Source: Candidatus Bathyarchaeia archaeon
GTDB taxonomy: Archaea; Thermoproteota; Bathyarchaeia; Bathyarchaeales; Bathycorpusculaceae
Length of the DNA stretch: 64,000 bases
Direction: 5' to 3'
Assembly (NCBI GenBank): GCA_049969855.1
Contig: JBMFOB010000003.1
Coordinates: 26,524-90,523 of the forward strand
The translations under genes and the position numbers were made by a program. Positions 39,358 to 49,623 of this stretch are shown here, piece after piece; positions within the stretch are counted from its first letter, which is position 1, and every line of letters begins with the position of its first letter. The notes under the pieces were generated by a model. It saw nothing but the letters and a program-made list of their open reading frames with translations, did no database searches and was not told where the DNA came from.

Positions 39358-40014
39358 TTATAACTGCTTTGAAGGGCACAGCATGTTCACTGGACAATGC
39401 TTGCAAAGTGGGTTTCTGGCTCTGCAGTATTTTCTACCCAGCAAAATCAGCAATATGTGAACTGAAAGATAATCTTTCGGATTATAAAGAGATTGAAGAG
39501 ATTGGCGAACTTTTTCGTAGTCGCCGTTAGATGGCGCTAAGCCTAAGCGTTTTGCCACTCGATTCACATGAGTGTCCACTGGTATTGTGGGTTTTTCTGA
39601 ACAAAAAAGCAAGAGGACATCAGCAGTTTTAGGTCCAACTCCGGGAAGTTTCATAAGCTTTTTTCTTGCTTCTTCAAAGGGCAATGACAAGACTGTGTTT
39701 AAGGTGCCGTGGAATTCTTCAAGGATTATTTTTGAGATTTGCTTTATTGTTTTGGCTTTGTTTCTGTATAAGCCAGCAACCTTCAAGCATTCTTCAATTT
39801 GGCTTATTTCCGCATTCGCCAACACTTCGGGCTTTATTTTGAATTGTTTCGAAAGATTTTCGAAGGCTTTTGCAGTGTTTCTGTCAGCAGTGTTCTGTGA
39901 AATTATTGTAACAATTAACGTTTCAAAAGAGTCTCTGTTTGAAGTTACCCATTTAGGCATTGTGAAAGTTTTCTGAAGCGTTTGCAGGATTTTTTCAGCA
40001 CGGTTTTCATTCAT
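39358..40014 (-). CDS. nth: Endonuclease III
   Basis: IISQNT, LPGVGPKTA, PVDTHV.R, CxxxxxxCxxCxxxxxC. Confidence 0.95.
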   Translation of the reverse strand: MNENRAEKILQTLQKTFTMPKWVTSNRDSFETLIVTIISQNTADRNTAKAFENLSKQFKIKPEVLANAEISQIEECLKVAGLYRNKAKTIKQISKIILEEFHGTLNTVLSLPFEEARKKLMKLPGVGPKTADVLLLFCSEKPTIPVDTHVNRVAKRLGLAPSNGDYEKVRQSLQSLYNPKDYLSVHILLILLGRKYCRARNPLCKHCPVNMLCPSKQL

Positions 40015-40082
40015 TTCGTGTGTCACCTTTGAAAACAATAAATAGTGAATGCATGAGCTATAAATAAGAATGGAGAATCCTT

Positions 40083-40454
40083 ATGGAACGCGCAAAAATC
40101 GTTAAAGAAGAAATGGTCGAACAAAACATACATTTTCTAGCAGTATACGTTGAAACACGAAACGCATGCCTAATTCTTCTCAGCGAAAGAGAAGACAAGC
40201 TTGGAACCTTAGCGATAGCGGTTCCGAAACCAAGGGATTTGATAGGACCTGTTTCCTCTTCTGTGCTTTTAGGCGACAAAAACGCAATATCAGCCCGCAT
40301 GTTCGCCGAATATGTAGCCTCGAGAAAACAAAAAATTGCGTTAGTTTCCATTTACCTTGAAACAATTAACGAAATGCAAGCCCAATCAATCTTTATGAAG
40401 TTAATCGAAAAAGTTGCTCAAGCAGAAATTGAAAAGGAGAAGGCGGGAACATGA
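40083..40454 (+). CDS. Proteasome assembly chaperone 4 (PAC4/PSMG4)-like protein
   Basis: LGTLAIAVP...PVSSSVLLGD...ARMFAEYVA..KQK..LVS resembles PSMG4 LRNLAVAM...PVSTSLLGD...GLAQRLARKTNKQVFVS. Confidence 0.6.
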   Translation: MERAKIVKEEMVEQNIHFLAVYVETRNACLILLSEREDKLGTLAIAVPKPRDLIGPVSSSVLLGDKNAISARMFAEYVASRKQKIALVSIYLETINEMQAQSIFMKLIEKVAQAEIEKEKAGT

Positions 40455-41791
40455 GCTTTAGAGAGTTCCTTGAAAAGATGGAAAAAGAAGGCGAAGTCTT
40501 ACACATAAAAAATGAACTGTCAACAAGTTTTGAAATTCCATTCATCATGAAAAGTTTCGATAATCAAGGTCCAATCCTCATATTTGAGAAGGCGAAAAAT
40601 CACGAGACAAAGGTTGTTGCTAATGTTTGCGGAACTCGAAAGAGAATTTGCGCAGCCATAGATGTTGAGCAAGATGGGCTTTACAGAAAATTGATTGACG
40701 CTTGGCGTTTGCCCAAAAAACCAAAGGTTGCTGGAGACGGTGCTGTGAAAGAAGTTTCTGAGAAAGATTTGTCCAAGATTCCCATTTTGACACATTTTGA
40801 GAGGGATGCTGGTCCATACATCACTTCGGCGGTTGTTTATGCAAAAAGCACTGATGGAAATGTTGAGAATGTTTCTGTTCATCGCCTTCAAGTTTTAGAC
40901 AAAAAACGTTTAGCAATTCGTCTGGTTCCTCGACACCTTTTCAGATTGTGGCAAACAGCAAAAGAGAATGGCAGAGATTTAGAAGTATCCATTTCCATAG
41001 GCGTTCATCCAGCGGTTATGCTGGCTGCTTCTTCTCCTGTTCCTTTTGGCGTTAACGAATTCGAAGTGGCAAATGCCTTAATGAACAATGGTTTACGCTT
41101 AGTTGAGTGTGAGCATGTAGATGCTTACGCTCCAGCAGATGCAGAATTAGTCTTGGAGGGGAAAATTTCTGCAAAGGGAAAAGTCGCAGAAGGACCGTTT
41201 GTGGATATAACTGGAACTTATGACATCCAAAGAGTTCAGCCAGTTGTTGAAGTTGTTAATGTTATGCATAGGAAAGATTATGTTTATCAAGCACTTTTGC
41301 CGTCGGGAGCAGAGCATAAGCTCTTGATGGGGTTGCCCCACGAAGTTTTGATTTGGGAAGCCATTTCAAAGGTTGTGCCGAAAGTTTATGCTGTCAACCT
41401 TTCAGTTGGCGGAAGCGGATGGCTCCACGCAATAATATCAATTGAGAAACAACTTGACGGAGACGGAAAAAACGCTTTATTAGCTGCTTTTGCTGCGCAT
41501 CCAAGCCTAAAACATGCCGTGGTTGTCGATTCAGACATTAACGTTTTTGACCCATATGAGGTTGAATGGGCTATTGCAACTCGTTTTCAAGCAAGCGAAG
41601 ATTTAATCATTGTAAATAATGTGCGAGGTTCGACATTGGATTCTTCCGCTGACCAAGACACAGGGTTAACAAGCAAGATGGGTTTGGACGCCACAAAACC
41701 GTTTACTAAGCCTAAGGAAAAATTTGAGCGGGCGAAAATTCCAGTTAGCAGTACGGTCCAGAAACTCGTTCAAAAATTGTTAGCACATTAA
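40451..41791 (+). CDS. UbiD-family (prFMN) decarboxylase, possibly anhydromevalonate-phosphate decarboxylase
   Basis: DAGPYIT, NVSVHR, EGPFVDITGTYD, EH..LMG, VVDSDI..D..VEWAIATR. Confidence 0.9.
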   Translation: MSFREFLEKMEKEGEVLHIKNELSTSFEIPFIMKSFDNQGPILIFEKAKNHETKVVANVCGTRKRICAAIDVEQDGLYRKLIDAWRLPKKPKVAGDGAVKEVSEKDLSKIPILTHFERDAGPYITSAVVYAKSTDGNVENVSVHRLQVLDKKRLAIRLVPRHLFRLWQTAKENGRDLEVSISIGVHPAVMLAASSPVPFGVNEFEVANALMNNGLRLVECEHVDAYAPADAELVLEGKISAKGKVAEGPFVDITGTYDIQRVQPVVEVVNVMHRKDYVYQALLPSGAEHKLLMGLPHEVLIWEAISKVVPKVYAVNLSVGGSGWLHAIISIEKQLDGDGKNALLAAFAAHPSLKHAVVVDSDINVFDPYEVEWAIATRFQASEDLIIVNNVRGSTLDSSADQDTGLTSKMGLDATKPFTKPKEKFERAKIPVSSTVQKLVQKLLAH

Positions 41792-41825
41792 CTTATATAT
41801 GGGCTTTGAAAGATAAAAAGAGACG

Positions 41826-42323
41826 GTGGTTCTATTGTCTGAAGAGGAAAAAGAAGAAAGCGGCATATCCCTAAAAGTTGAGGACGTCATGGTTAAGGAA
41901 GTAATAACCATAGATGAAAATTCAACAGTGAAGGAAGCAGCAGAAATCATGAACAAGTTTGAGATTGGCTGTTTAATTGCAGTCAGAAAAGGAAAAGCCA
42001 TGGGAATAATAACAGAAAGAGACTTGCTAAAGAGAGTGGTTGCAGAAGCAAAAGACGCAAACAAAACCAAAGTGAAAGACGTCATGTCAAGCCCCTTGGT
42101 TGTTGTTGAACCCAAAATGGATTTAGAAGAAGCCGTAAAGCTCATGTTTCAAATGAAAATTAAAAAGTTACCAGTGGTTGACGGAAAACGGCTTGTAGGT
42201 TTAGTTTCCTTAACCGACATAGCGCGTTTCCAGCCTCAAGTGATAAAGATACTGAAACAACTTGCCATGAGACAGGCTGCACCAAAAAGCATGAAGAAAG
42301 TCATAGACTACTACGTTGTCTAA
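41826..42323 (+). CDS. CBS-domain protein
   Basis: VEDVM, GIITERD, VKDVMS, LPVVD..LVGLVS..D. Confidence 0.9.
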   Translation: MVLLSEEEKEESGISLKVEDVMVKEVITIDENSTVKEAAEIMNKFEIGCLIAVRKGKAMGIITERDLLKRVVAEAKDANKTKVKDVMSSPLVVVEPKMDLEEAVKLMFQMKIKKLPVVDGKRLVGLVSLTDIARFQPQVIKILKQLAMRQAAPKSMKKVIDYYVV

Positions 42324-42438
42324 ATAAGACAACAAGCAAGAAACTTTACTTTTTACACTATCTTTTTGCTGGATAAGAAACAAAATAAGAGGCTAACAGT
42401 TAATTTTAAGATGCAAGAGCCAGCAAGGACAAGAATGA

Positions 42439-43506
42439 TTGATGAAGAAAACTTTAGTATTGAAAGTTGATTCCAAAAAACCTGAAAAAGAAAAGATTCG
42501 AATAGCAGCAGACTTAATCAAAAAAGGCGGTTTGGTGGCTTTTCCAACAGAAACAGTTTATGGTCTTGGAGCAGACGCATTAAATTCGAAAGCTGTTTTA
42601 GCTTTGTTTGAAGCAAAAAAGAGACCATTAGATAATCCGCCCATAGTGCATGTGGGAGAAATAGAAAAAGTCTACAAACTTGTAAAGGAAATTCCGCTAG
42701 AAGCTGAAAGGCTCATGCGAAAGTTTTGGCCTGGACCATTAACTTTAATTTTTAAACGTTCCAGTGTTGTGCCAAGCGTGACGGTTGCTGGTTTAGACAC
42801 TATTGCAATTAGAATGCCGAGACATAATGTTGCTCTAGCCCTATTAAAAGAAAGCAACTGCCCAATAGCAGCCCCAAGCGCAAACCTCGCGGGAAAACCA
42901 AGCCCAACATCCGCAAACCACGTCCTTGAAGACCTTAACGGCAGAATAGACGCAGTTTTAGACGCTGGACCAACCAACATTGGAGTGGAATCCACAGTTT
43001 TAGACATGACCACTGAACCTCCACAAATTTTACGCCCAGGCGGAATACCATACGAGGATTTGAAGGAGATTTTAAGCAGAGTTGAGCTTCACCCAGTGGC
43101 TTTTGCAGATAAAGAAGTGCCAATTGAGAAGGCGCGTTCGCCGGGTATGAAGCATAGACATTATGCTCCAAATGCGGAAGTAATCCTTGTGGAAGGCGAA
43201 ACTTCAAAAATTGTAAGCAAAGTGAAAGAACTTGTGGATTTTTACAAGCAACAGAATAAAAGGGTTGGCGTTCTCACAACGGATGAAAATTTTGACTATT
43301 ATAGGGCGGATGTTGTGAAGTCTCTTGGAAGCAGAAAAAACCTAAAAGTTATTGCAAACAACTTGTTTAGGCTTCTGAGAGAGTTTGACTCCGAAAAAGT
43401 TGAAGTTATCATTGCCGAAGGATTGCCGCTGGAAGGACTTGGTTTAGCTGTTATGAATAGGCTTCGCAAGGCTGCAGGATACAAAATATTCAAAGTGGAA
43501 CGGTAG
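42439..43506 (+). CDS. sua5: Threonylcarbamoyl-AMP synthase Sua5
   Basis: FPTETVYGLGADA, K.RP.DNP.IVH, APSAN, SPGMKHRHYAP. Confidence 0.96.
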   Translation: MMKKTLVLKVDSKKPEKEKIRIAADLIKKGGLVAFPTETVYGLGADALNSKAVLALFEAKKRPLDNPPIVHVGEIEKVYKLVKEIPLEAERLMRKFWPGPLTLIFKRSSVVPSVTVAGLDTIAIRMPRHNVALALLKESNCPIAAPSANLAGKPSPTSANHVLEDLNGRIDAVLDAGPTNIGVESTVLDMTTEPPQILRPGGIPYEDLKEILSRVELHPVAFADKEVPIEKARSPGMKHRHYAPNAEVILVEGETSKIVSKVKELVDFYKQQNKRVGVLTTDENFDYYRADVVKSLGSRKNLKVIANNLFRLLREFDSEKVEVIIAEGLPLEGLGLAVMNRLRKAAGYKIFKVER

Positions 43507-43701
43507 GGTTCTGTTGCAAACCATCCTTCAGTTCAGAAACAGGAATACTTTTAACTAAAAATCAGAACCCAAAATGTTAATGGATATGGAGTCTGTAATC
43601 TGTATTCATAAAAAGTATATATGTGCAACCGAAAAAAATTTGAGATGCTTGTGTATTTAATAACTCACCGAATGGTTTATTAACAGAATAAGCGCTCTTA
43701 G

Positions 43702-43944
43702 ATGGGAATCATGATGGAAAAAAGTCAAATATTTGAAATTTCGAGAGCAAATATTAAGTGGTTAAAAAAGAATTACAAAACGCTAAAAAAAGAATATAAT
43801 AATCGTTGGGTTATAATAGAGAATAGAAAGGTTGTCAAAGCTGCGAGCACTTTTGAGGAGTTAATGGAAGCACTTAGAGGACTTGATATAAACAAAATTT
43901 TAGTAGAGTATATATCGTCAGAACAAGTCGCCATGTTCTTCTAA
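43702..43944 (+). CDS. DUF5678-like small protein
   Basis: W..KNY..LKKEY.NRWV.I...KVV; AT-rich. Confidence 0.7.
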   Translation: MGIMMEKSQIFEISRANIKWLKKNYKTLKKEYNNRWVIIENRKVVKAASTFEELMEALRGLDINKILVEYISSEQVAMFF

Positions 43945-43968
43945 AGCCTCAAAGGTAGGTGTCACACA

Positions 43969-44403
43969 ATTAGATTCAAAGGGTTCCTCATAAATAGACA
44001 ACCAAGAATATTAGTTCTTTTTGAAGTCAAAGCATTCAATGTAATCAAAATTGTTGATTTTCTTGTGGATACAGGGGCGATTTATTCCGCAATAACCGAA
44101 AAAGAGGCAACAATGATGAAAATTGATGTCTCTCTTCTTCCTTATTCTAAACGTAGAGCTGTAGGGTTTGGAGGATTTTTTAGAAATAAGATAATTAATT
44201 GAGAAGTGATTCTAACATTTAAATCTAATAAAGATGAATACAAAGTTAAATGTGGTGGATTTGAAGTCATTTGCACTCCACCTAACGTAACTAATGAAGA
44301 AAGAGATAAACTGATTCAAGTAACACCTAACGTATTGGGTATGGACATTTTAAGAAGATTCAAAACTTGTGTGGATAAAAACGGAGTTGAACTCATTTTG
44401 TAA
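43969..44403 (+). pseudogene. Retropepsin-like aspartyl protease interrupted by in-frame TGA at 44200-44202
   Basis: FLVDTGA...GFGG...IIN*EVIL...VLGMDIL in one frame; only ATT is available as a start after the AGGTG SD. Confidence 0.75.
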
Positions 44404-44486
44404 ACTCTATCCTTTCAAAGCTGGTTTAGGTGCTGGTTGAAAACTTATGTTTTAAGAAAAACTTTGGAATGCAACAATAAGCTTAG

Positions 44487-44510
44487 AAAAGTTTATATTT
44501 AAGTGTTTTT
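44487..44510 (+). promoter_or_regulatory. BRE/TATA promoter element of thermosome gene 1
   Basis: AAAAGTTTATATTTAAGTGTTTTT; 22/24 identical to 63173-63196. Confidence 0.7.
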
Positions 44511-44579
44511 CGTGTAAAATTCTGCTTGTTTCAGCTTAACAATAATATTGCGCAGAGTTTGTGTGGAGGTGATTGGGAA

Positions 44580-46226
44580 ATGGCTGCTGCACCTTCAGGA
44601 ACCGTTCCCGTCTTAGTGTTGAAGGAAGGAACTGGAAGGACGACTGGAAGGGAAGCGCAGAGAAATAACATTATGGCTGCGAAGATAATAGCTGAAACCA
44701 TTAAGACGACTTTGGGACCGAAGGGCATGGATAAGATGCTTGTCAGCAGCTTCGGAGACGTTTCAATAACAAATGACGGCGCAACAATAATGAAGGAGCT
44801 TGACGTGCAGCATCCAGCAGCAAAAATGCTAGTGGAAGTTGCAAAAGCCCAAGACAACGAGGTAGGCGATGGAACAACAACGGCTGTAGTTTTGGCTGGA
44901 GAACTTTTAAACAAAGCTGAAAACCTCCTTGACCAGAACATTCATCCAACAGTTATCATTGACGGATACAAGAAAGCCAGCGAGAAAGCCCAAGAACTTT
45001 TGGAGGAAATGGCAATTCCAATAAGCATCAAAGACAATGAACGCCTAATAGATGTTGCTGTCACCTCCATGGGAAGCAAAGGCATCACCATAGCCAAAGA
45101 GCACTTTGCAAAGTTGGCAGTTGAAGCCGTTAAGCAGGTTGCCGAAGAAAAGGATGGAAAGCTCAAGGCAGACATTGACTTAATAAAAGTTTTGAAGAAA
45201 CATGGAAAAAGCCTTGAAGAAACAGAACTTGTCAAAGGCATGGTCATAGATAAGGAAGTTGCCCACCCACAAATGCCAAAGCTCGTAACAAAAGCAAAAA
45301 TTGCTTTACTGAACGCTAAACTTGAGATTGAAAAGACGGAGTTTGACGCAAAAATAAACATTGAAAGCCCAGAACAGATGAAGCTCTTTTTGGATGAAGA
45401 AGAACGCATGCTAAAAGAGATGGTTGACAAAATCGCTGAGACTGGAGCTAATGTTGTCTTCTGCGAAAAGGGCATAGACGATGTGGCACTGCACTTCCTA
45501 GCAAAAAGAGGCATTTTGGCTGTCAAAAACGTTAGCAGCAGCGACATGGAGAAACTTGCCAAGGCTACTGGAGGCAAAATAATGGCAAGCGTTAAAGAGT
45601 TAACCCCTGACGTGCTTGGAGAAGCAAAAATTGTCGAAGAAGTTAAGATAGGCGACGACAAGCTTGTTTATGTGCGGGAATGCAAGAACCCAAAGGCTGT
45701 CACAATAGTTGTCAGAGGCGGAACAGAACACGTTGTAGACGAAGCCGAACGCTCACTGCATGATGCCTTATGCGTGGTAAGAAACGCCATAGAAGACGGA
45801 AAAATTGTTGCAGGCGGCGGCGCTCCAGAAGCCCACATTGCAAGACATCTGAGGGAATATGCGGTTAAGGTTGGTGGAAGAGAGCAACTCGCCATTGAAG
45901 CTTTCGCTGATGCTATTGAGGCGATTCCTTTGACTTTGGCTGAAAACGCTGGTTTAGACCCAATAGACATTATGGTTGCTTTAAGAGCCAAACACGAAAG
46001 CGCAGCATCACCATCATATGGCGTGGATGTCTTTTCAGGCAAGGTTAGGGATATGCTTGAACTGAACGTTGTTGAACCATTGAGAGTTAAACAGCAAGTG
46101 GTTAAGTCTGCCACTGAAGCGGCGAACATGATTTTGAAGATTGACGATTTGATAGCAGCGAAGGGCATGGAAAAAGAAGCGAAGGAAAAGAAACCGCCAA
46201 AAGGACCGTCAGAATTCGAAGAGTAA
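44580..46226 (+). CDS. ths: Thermosome (group II chaperonin) subunit
   Basis: [30 protein letters not shown]; SD GGAGGTGA. Confidence 0.97.
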   Translation: MAAAPSGTVPVLVLKEGTGRTTGREAQRNNIMAAKIIAETIKTTLGPKGMDKMLVSSFGDVSITNDGATIMKELDVQHPAAKMLVEVAKAQDNEVGDGTTTAVVLAGELLNKAENLLDQNIHPTVIIDGYKKASEKAQELLEEMAIPISIKDNERLIDVAVTSMGSKGITIAKEHFAKLAVEAVKQVAEEKDGKLKADIDLIKVLKKHGKSLEETELVKGMVIDKEVAHPQMPKLVTKAKIALLNAKLEIEKTEFDAKINIESPEQMKLFLDEEERMLKEMVDKIAETGANVVFCEKGIDDVALHFLAKRGILAVKNVSSSDMEKLAKATGGKIMASVKELTPDVLGEAKIVEEVKIGDDKLVYVRECKNPKAVTIVVRGGTEHVVDEAERSLHDALCVVRNAIEDGKIVAGGGAPEAHIARHLREYAVKVGGREQLAIEAFADAIEAIPLTLAENAGLDPIDIMVALRAKHESAASPSYGVDVFSGKVRDMLELNVVEPLRVKQQVVKSATEAANMILKIDDLIAAKGMEKEAKEKKPPKGPSEFEE

Positions 46227-46321
46227 AAAGAATCAGCCCATTTTTTCTCTATATTTTTGGCGTAAAAATCAACCAATACGAGTAGCCCCTCTCTAGATTT
46301 TCACAAGATTGCATGATTGCC

Positions 46322-46558
46322 TTAAGTTTTCTTTTTAAGTCCAAAAATTGTGTAAAGCAAGATTATTAATGCAATAAGCGCCAGAATGTGGGCTGTCGGG
46401 TAGCCTACATCAGAACGTCGGCTAAACGCTAACCAAACGTCTCCTTGAAGATAGGCGTCATAAATCCTAAAAATCATAGCTACAACGTATAAGGCAGCAA
46501 CTGTAATCAACAAATAAAATTTCAAACTATGCTTTTGCCTTTCAATTTGATCTTTCAA
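46322..46558 (-). CDS. Small 2-TM membrane protein
   Basis: Two hydrophobic segments; directly downstream of hutU. Confidence 0.55.
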   Translation of the reverse strand: MKDQIERQKHSLKFYLLITVAALYVVAMIFRIYDAYLQGDVWLAFSRRSDVGYPTAHILALIALIILLYTIFGLKKKT

Positions 46559-46573
46559 ATGTTTTGGCGCCAG

Positions 46574-48229
46574 TCACTTTAGCATGGGCATTTTAATGCC
46601 CTTTTCTTTGGCTATTTTCTTTGCCTTCTCATAGCCTGCATCTGCATGCCTCACTATCGCTGTCCCTGGGTCCGTTGTTAGGACTGTTGTTATGCGTTTT
46701 TCTGCTTCTTTCGTGCCGTCAGCCACCAAACACATGCCAGCATGAATGCTGTAGCCTATGCCAACGCCTCCGCCGTGGTGAACGCTAACCCATGTTGCTC
46801 CGCCAACAGCATTAATTAAAGCGTTAAGGATTGGCCAATCTGCCACTGCGTCGCTTCCATCCATCATGCCTTCTGTTTCGCGGTTTGGCGATGCAACGCT
46901 TCCGCCGTCCAAATGGTCTCTTCCAATCCATACGGGTCCGCTTAGGCTTCCGTCAGCAACCATGTCATTCATTATTTTTCCGAAGCGGGCTCTTTCGCCG
47001 AAGCCAAGCCAGCAAACTCTTGCGGGTAAGCCTTGAAATTCGACTTGTTCTTTTGCTTTTTGTATCCAGCGGCACAACTCCTTATTGTAAGCGAATTTTT
47101 CCAAAATGACATCGTCAAGCGTGTAAATATCCTCTTTACTGCCCACTAGCGAAGTCCAACGAAAAGGACCTCTGCCTTCGCAGAACATTGGTCTAATATA
47201 GCGTTGGACAAAGCCTGGATAGGCAAAAGCGTCTTTAAACCCAGCGTTGTAGGCTTGCTGTCTCAGATTGTTGCCATATTCAAAGGTTACTGCGCCCTTC
47301 TTCATCATTTTAACCATGGTCTCCACTTGAACCCGCATGCTTTCATTTGCCCGCTGCAGATACTCTTTTGAATCGTTTAAGCGCAGTTCATCCGCCTCTT
47401 CCTTGGATAAGCCAGCTGGGTAATAGCCATTCAATGGGTCATGAGCTGAAGTTTGGTCAGTTAGCACGTCTGGGATTATTCCCCGCTTTAAGAGTTCTGG
47501 GTGCACTTCGGCTGCGTTACCCAATAAGCCTATGCTTCTGGGGATGCCTTCCCTTTTAGCTTCTAATGCCAGTTTTACTGCTTCGTCTAAGTCGTCTGTC
47601 CACATTTCCAAATATTTGTGCCTAAGCCTTCGGTCAATAGCCTTTTTATCAATTTCCACAACTAAGGCGACGCCATCGTTCATTGTGACGGCTAAGGGTT
47701 GGGCTCCGCCCATTTCGCCTAAGCCCGCCGTTAAAACAAGCCTCCCACGCAGCGAACCGCCAAAGTGTTCTTTGGCTACTGCTGCTAAAGTTTCATATGT
47801 GCCTTGCAGTATTCCTTGGGTTCCAATGTAAGCCCATGAGCCAGCAGTCATCTGTCCAAACATGATTAAGCCCTTCTGCTCCAACTCGTAAAAGTAGTCC
47901 CATGTAGCCCATTTTGGCACAAGCATGGCGTTAACGATTAAGGCTCTGGGCGCCCACTCATGGGTTTTGAAAACGGCTACTGGTTTGCCGCTTTGAACAA
48001 GCATGGTTTCGTCGGGTTCAAGCTCAATTAGGGTTTCAACAATACGTTCAAAACATTCCCAGCTTCGGGCAGCCCTTCCAGTTCCGCCATAAACAATGAG
48101 TTTTTCAGGGTCTTTAGCCACTTCTGGGTCAACAACATTATAGAGCATGCGGAGTATTCCTTCAATCTGCCAGTTTTTGCAATGCAGTTCTGGACCAGTT
48201 AAACATTTTACGGGTTTTTCAATCTTCAA
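46574..48229 (-). CDS. hutU: Urocanate hydratase
   Basis: [46 protein letters not shown]. Confidence 0.97.
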   Translation of the reverse strand: MKIEKPVKCLTGPELHCKNWQIEGILRMLYNVVDPEVAKDPEKLIVYGGTGRAARSWECFERIVETLIELEPDETMLVQSGKPVAVFKTHEWAPRALIVNAMLVPKWATWDYFYELEQKGLIMFGQMTAGSWAYIGTQGILQGTYETLAAVAKEHFGGSLRGRLVLTAGLGEMGGAQPLAVTMNDGVALVVEIDKKAIDRRLRHKYLEMWTDDLDEAVKLALEAKREGIPRSIGLLGNAAEVHPELLKRGIIPDVLTDQTSAHDPLNGYYPAGLSKEEADELRLNDSKEYLQRANESMRVQVETMVKMMKKGAVTFEYGNNLRQQAYNAGFKDAFAYPGFVQRYIRPMFCEGRGPFRWTSLVGSKEDIYTLDDVILEKFAYNKELCRWIQKAKEQVEFQGLPARVCWLGFGERARFGKIMNDMVADGSLSGPVWIGRDHLDGGSVASPNRETEGMMDGSDAVADWPILNALINAVGGATWVSVHHGGGVGIGYSIHAGMCLVADGTKEAEKRITTVLTTDPGTAIVRHADAGYEKAKKIAKEKGIKMPMLK

Positions 48230-48285
48230 AGAGATGCGCCTCTATAAAATGGAAGAACAGAGAATATTAATAATTGTTGCCTAAT

Positions 48286-49623
48286 TTATTCTTCTTCTTT
48301 CATTATTGGGAATTCGCTTCTGCTTGCTTCCTTGTCAATGACTATTCTGCCATTCTTAATTACCTTGTCAACCAAGTTCACGCCGAAGTGATAACCCAAA
48401 AACTTGTGGTTTGGCACATCTAAAACTGTGATGTCCGCCTTTTTGCCAACCTCTAAGCTTCCAACTTCATTAGCCATTCCAACAGCATGCGCAGCGTTAA
48501 TCGTAGCTGCAGTTAAAGCTTCGGCGGATGTCAACTTCATAAAATGACAGGCGAAGGCTATGACTAACTGCATGTTCTCAACCAAACAGTTTGGGTTAAA
48601 ATCTGTGCCTAAGGCTATTGGAACGCCCAAATCAATCATCAATCGTGCATCCGCGTATCTTCCAATCATCAGACTGAAGGCTGCGGCTGGAAGCAAAACT
48701 GCAATTACGCCTTTATTTGCCATGGCTTTTATGCCTTCAACAGAAGAGAAAAGCAGGTGGTCGGCGGAAACTGCGCCGAGGTCTGCTGCAAGTTCAGCTC
48801 CGCCCAAAGTGCTCATTTCGTCAGCGTGAACTTTAGGTTTTAAGCCATAATTTTTTCCAGCAACCAAAATGCGCTTGCTTTGTTCTAAACTGAAAACATT
48901 TTTTTCGCAGAAAACATCACAAAACTCCGCCAATCGCCTTTCAGCAACTTTTTGAATTGTTTCCTCAACTATCAAGTTTACATAATCATGCGGGTTGCCC
49001 TTATATTCTGGCGGAATAGCGTGAGCGCCGAGAAATGTTGGAACAACATCCACACAGTGCAACTGATTAACACGTTTAATAGCCTCTAAAATCTTCAACT
49101 CATCCTTTGTTGTTAAGCCATATCCACTTTTGGCTTCAACAGTTGTTGTTCCATACTCTAACATGATGTCAAGTCTTTTTAGGCTGGAATCCACAAGTTT
49201 TTCAATGTTTGCTTTTCGTGTTTCCCTAACAGTTTTCAGTATGCCACCGCCAGCGCTAAGAATTTCCATGTAAGAGGCGCCTTCAACCCGCATTTGAAAT
49301 TCTTCTTCGCGGAATCCAGCAAAAACAAGATGCGTATGCGGATCTACAAACCCTGGCGTAACAATTTTTCCGTTGGCGCTTATTACGTTTTCAGCTTTGA
49401 AAGCCTTTGCTACTTCAATGGTTTTTCCAACAGCAACTATTCTTCCATCCTTGACGGCTAAGGCTCCATGATTTATTATTCCAAGCTCCCGCATTTGCTT
49501 GCCTATTCGTGGTTTCTGGTTTGCCCCAGCTAATGTGATAAGTTCATCAGCGTTTACAATGAGTAAGTCAGCCTTTTCTCTCGCTCTCGTCTTGGTTTTA
49601 CTCAAATTCACCGCCTTTCTCAA
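48286..49623 (-). CDS. hutI: Imidazolonepropionase
   Basis: DPHTHLVF, EAKSGYGL, FLGAHA, HADE, GTDFNP. Confidence 0.96.
   Translation of the reverse strand: MRKAVNLSKTKTRAREKADLLIVNADELITLAGANQKPRIGKQMRELGIINHGALAVKDGRIVAVGKTIEVAKAFKAENVISANGKIVTPGFVDPHTHLVFAGFREEEFQMRVEGASYMEILSAGGGILKTVRETRKANIEKLVDSSLKRLDIMLEYGTTTVEAKSGYGLTTKDELKILEAIKRVNQLHCVDVVPTFLGAHAIPPEYKGNPHDYVNLIVEETIQKVAERRLAEFCDVFCEKNVFSLEQSKRILVAGKNYGLKPKVHADEMSTLGGAELAADLGAVSADHLLFSSVEGIKAMANKGVIAVLLPAAAFSLMIGRYADARLMIDLGVPIALGTDFNPNCLVENMQLVIAFACHFMKLTSAEALTAATINAAHAVGMANEVGSLEVGKKADITVLDVPNHKFLGYHFGVNLVDKVIKNGRIVIDKEASRSEFPIMKEEE

Noticed and set aside
43506-43570. 8-bp inverted repeat GGGTTCTG...CAGAACCC after sua5
   Set aside because: Too short, with no target duplication or second copy in the window, to call a MITE or ncRNA
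44200-44202. In-frame TGA as selenocysteine
   Set aside because: The position is non-catalytic and not Cys-like, and no SECIS-like hairpin is evident; a nonsense mutation is simpler
44531-46276. Long antisense ORFs over the thermosome gene (and similar ones over other genes)
   Set aside because: Typical antisense shadows of conserved genes, with no protein motifs
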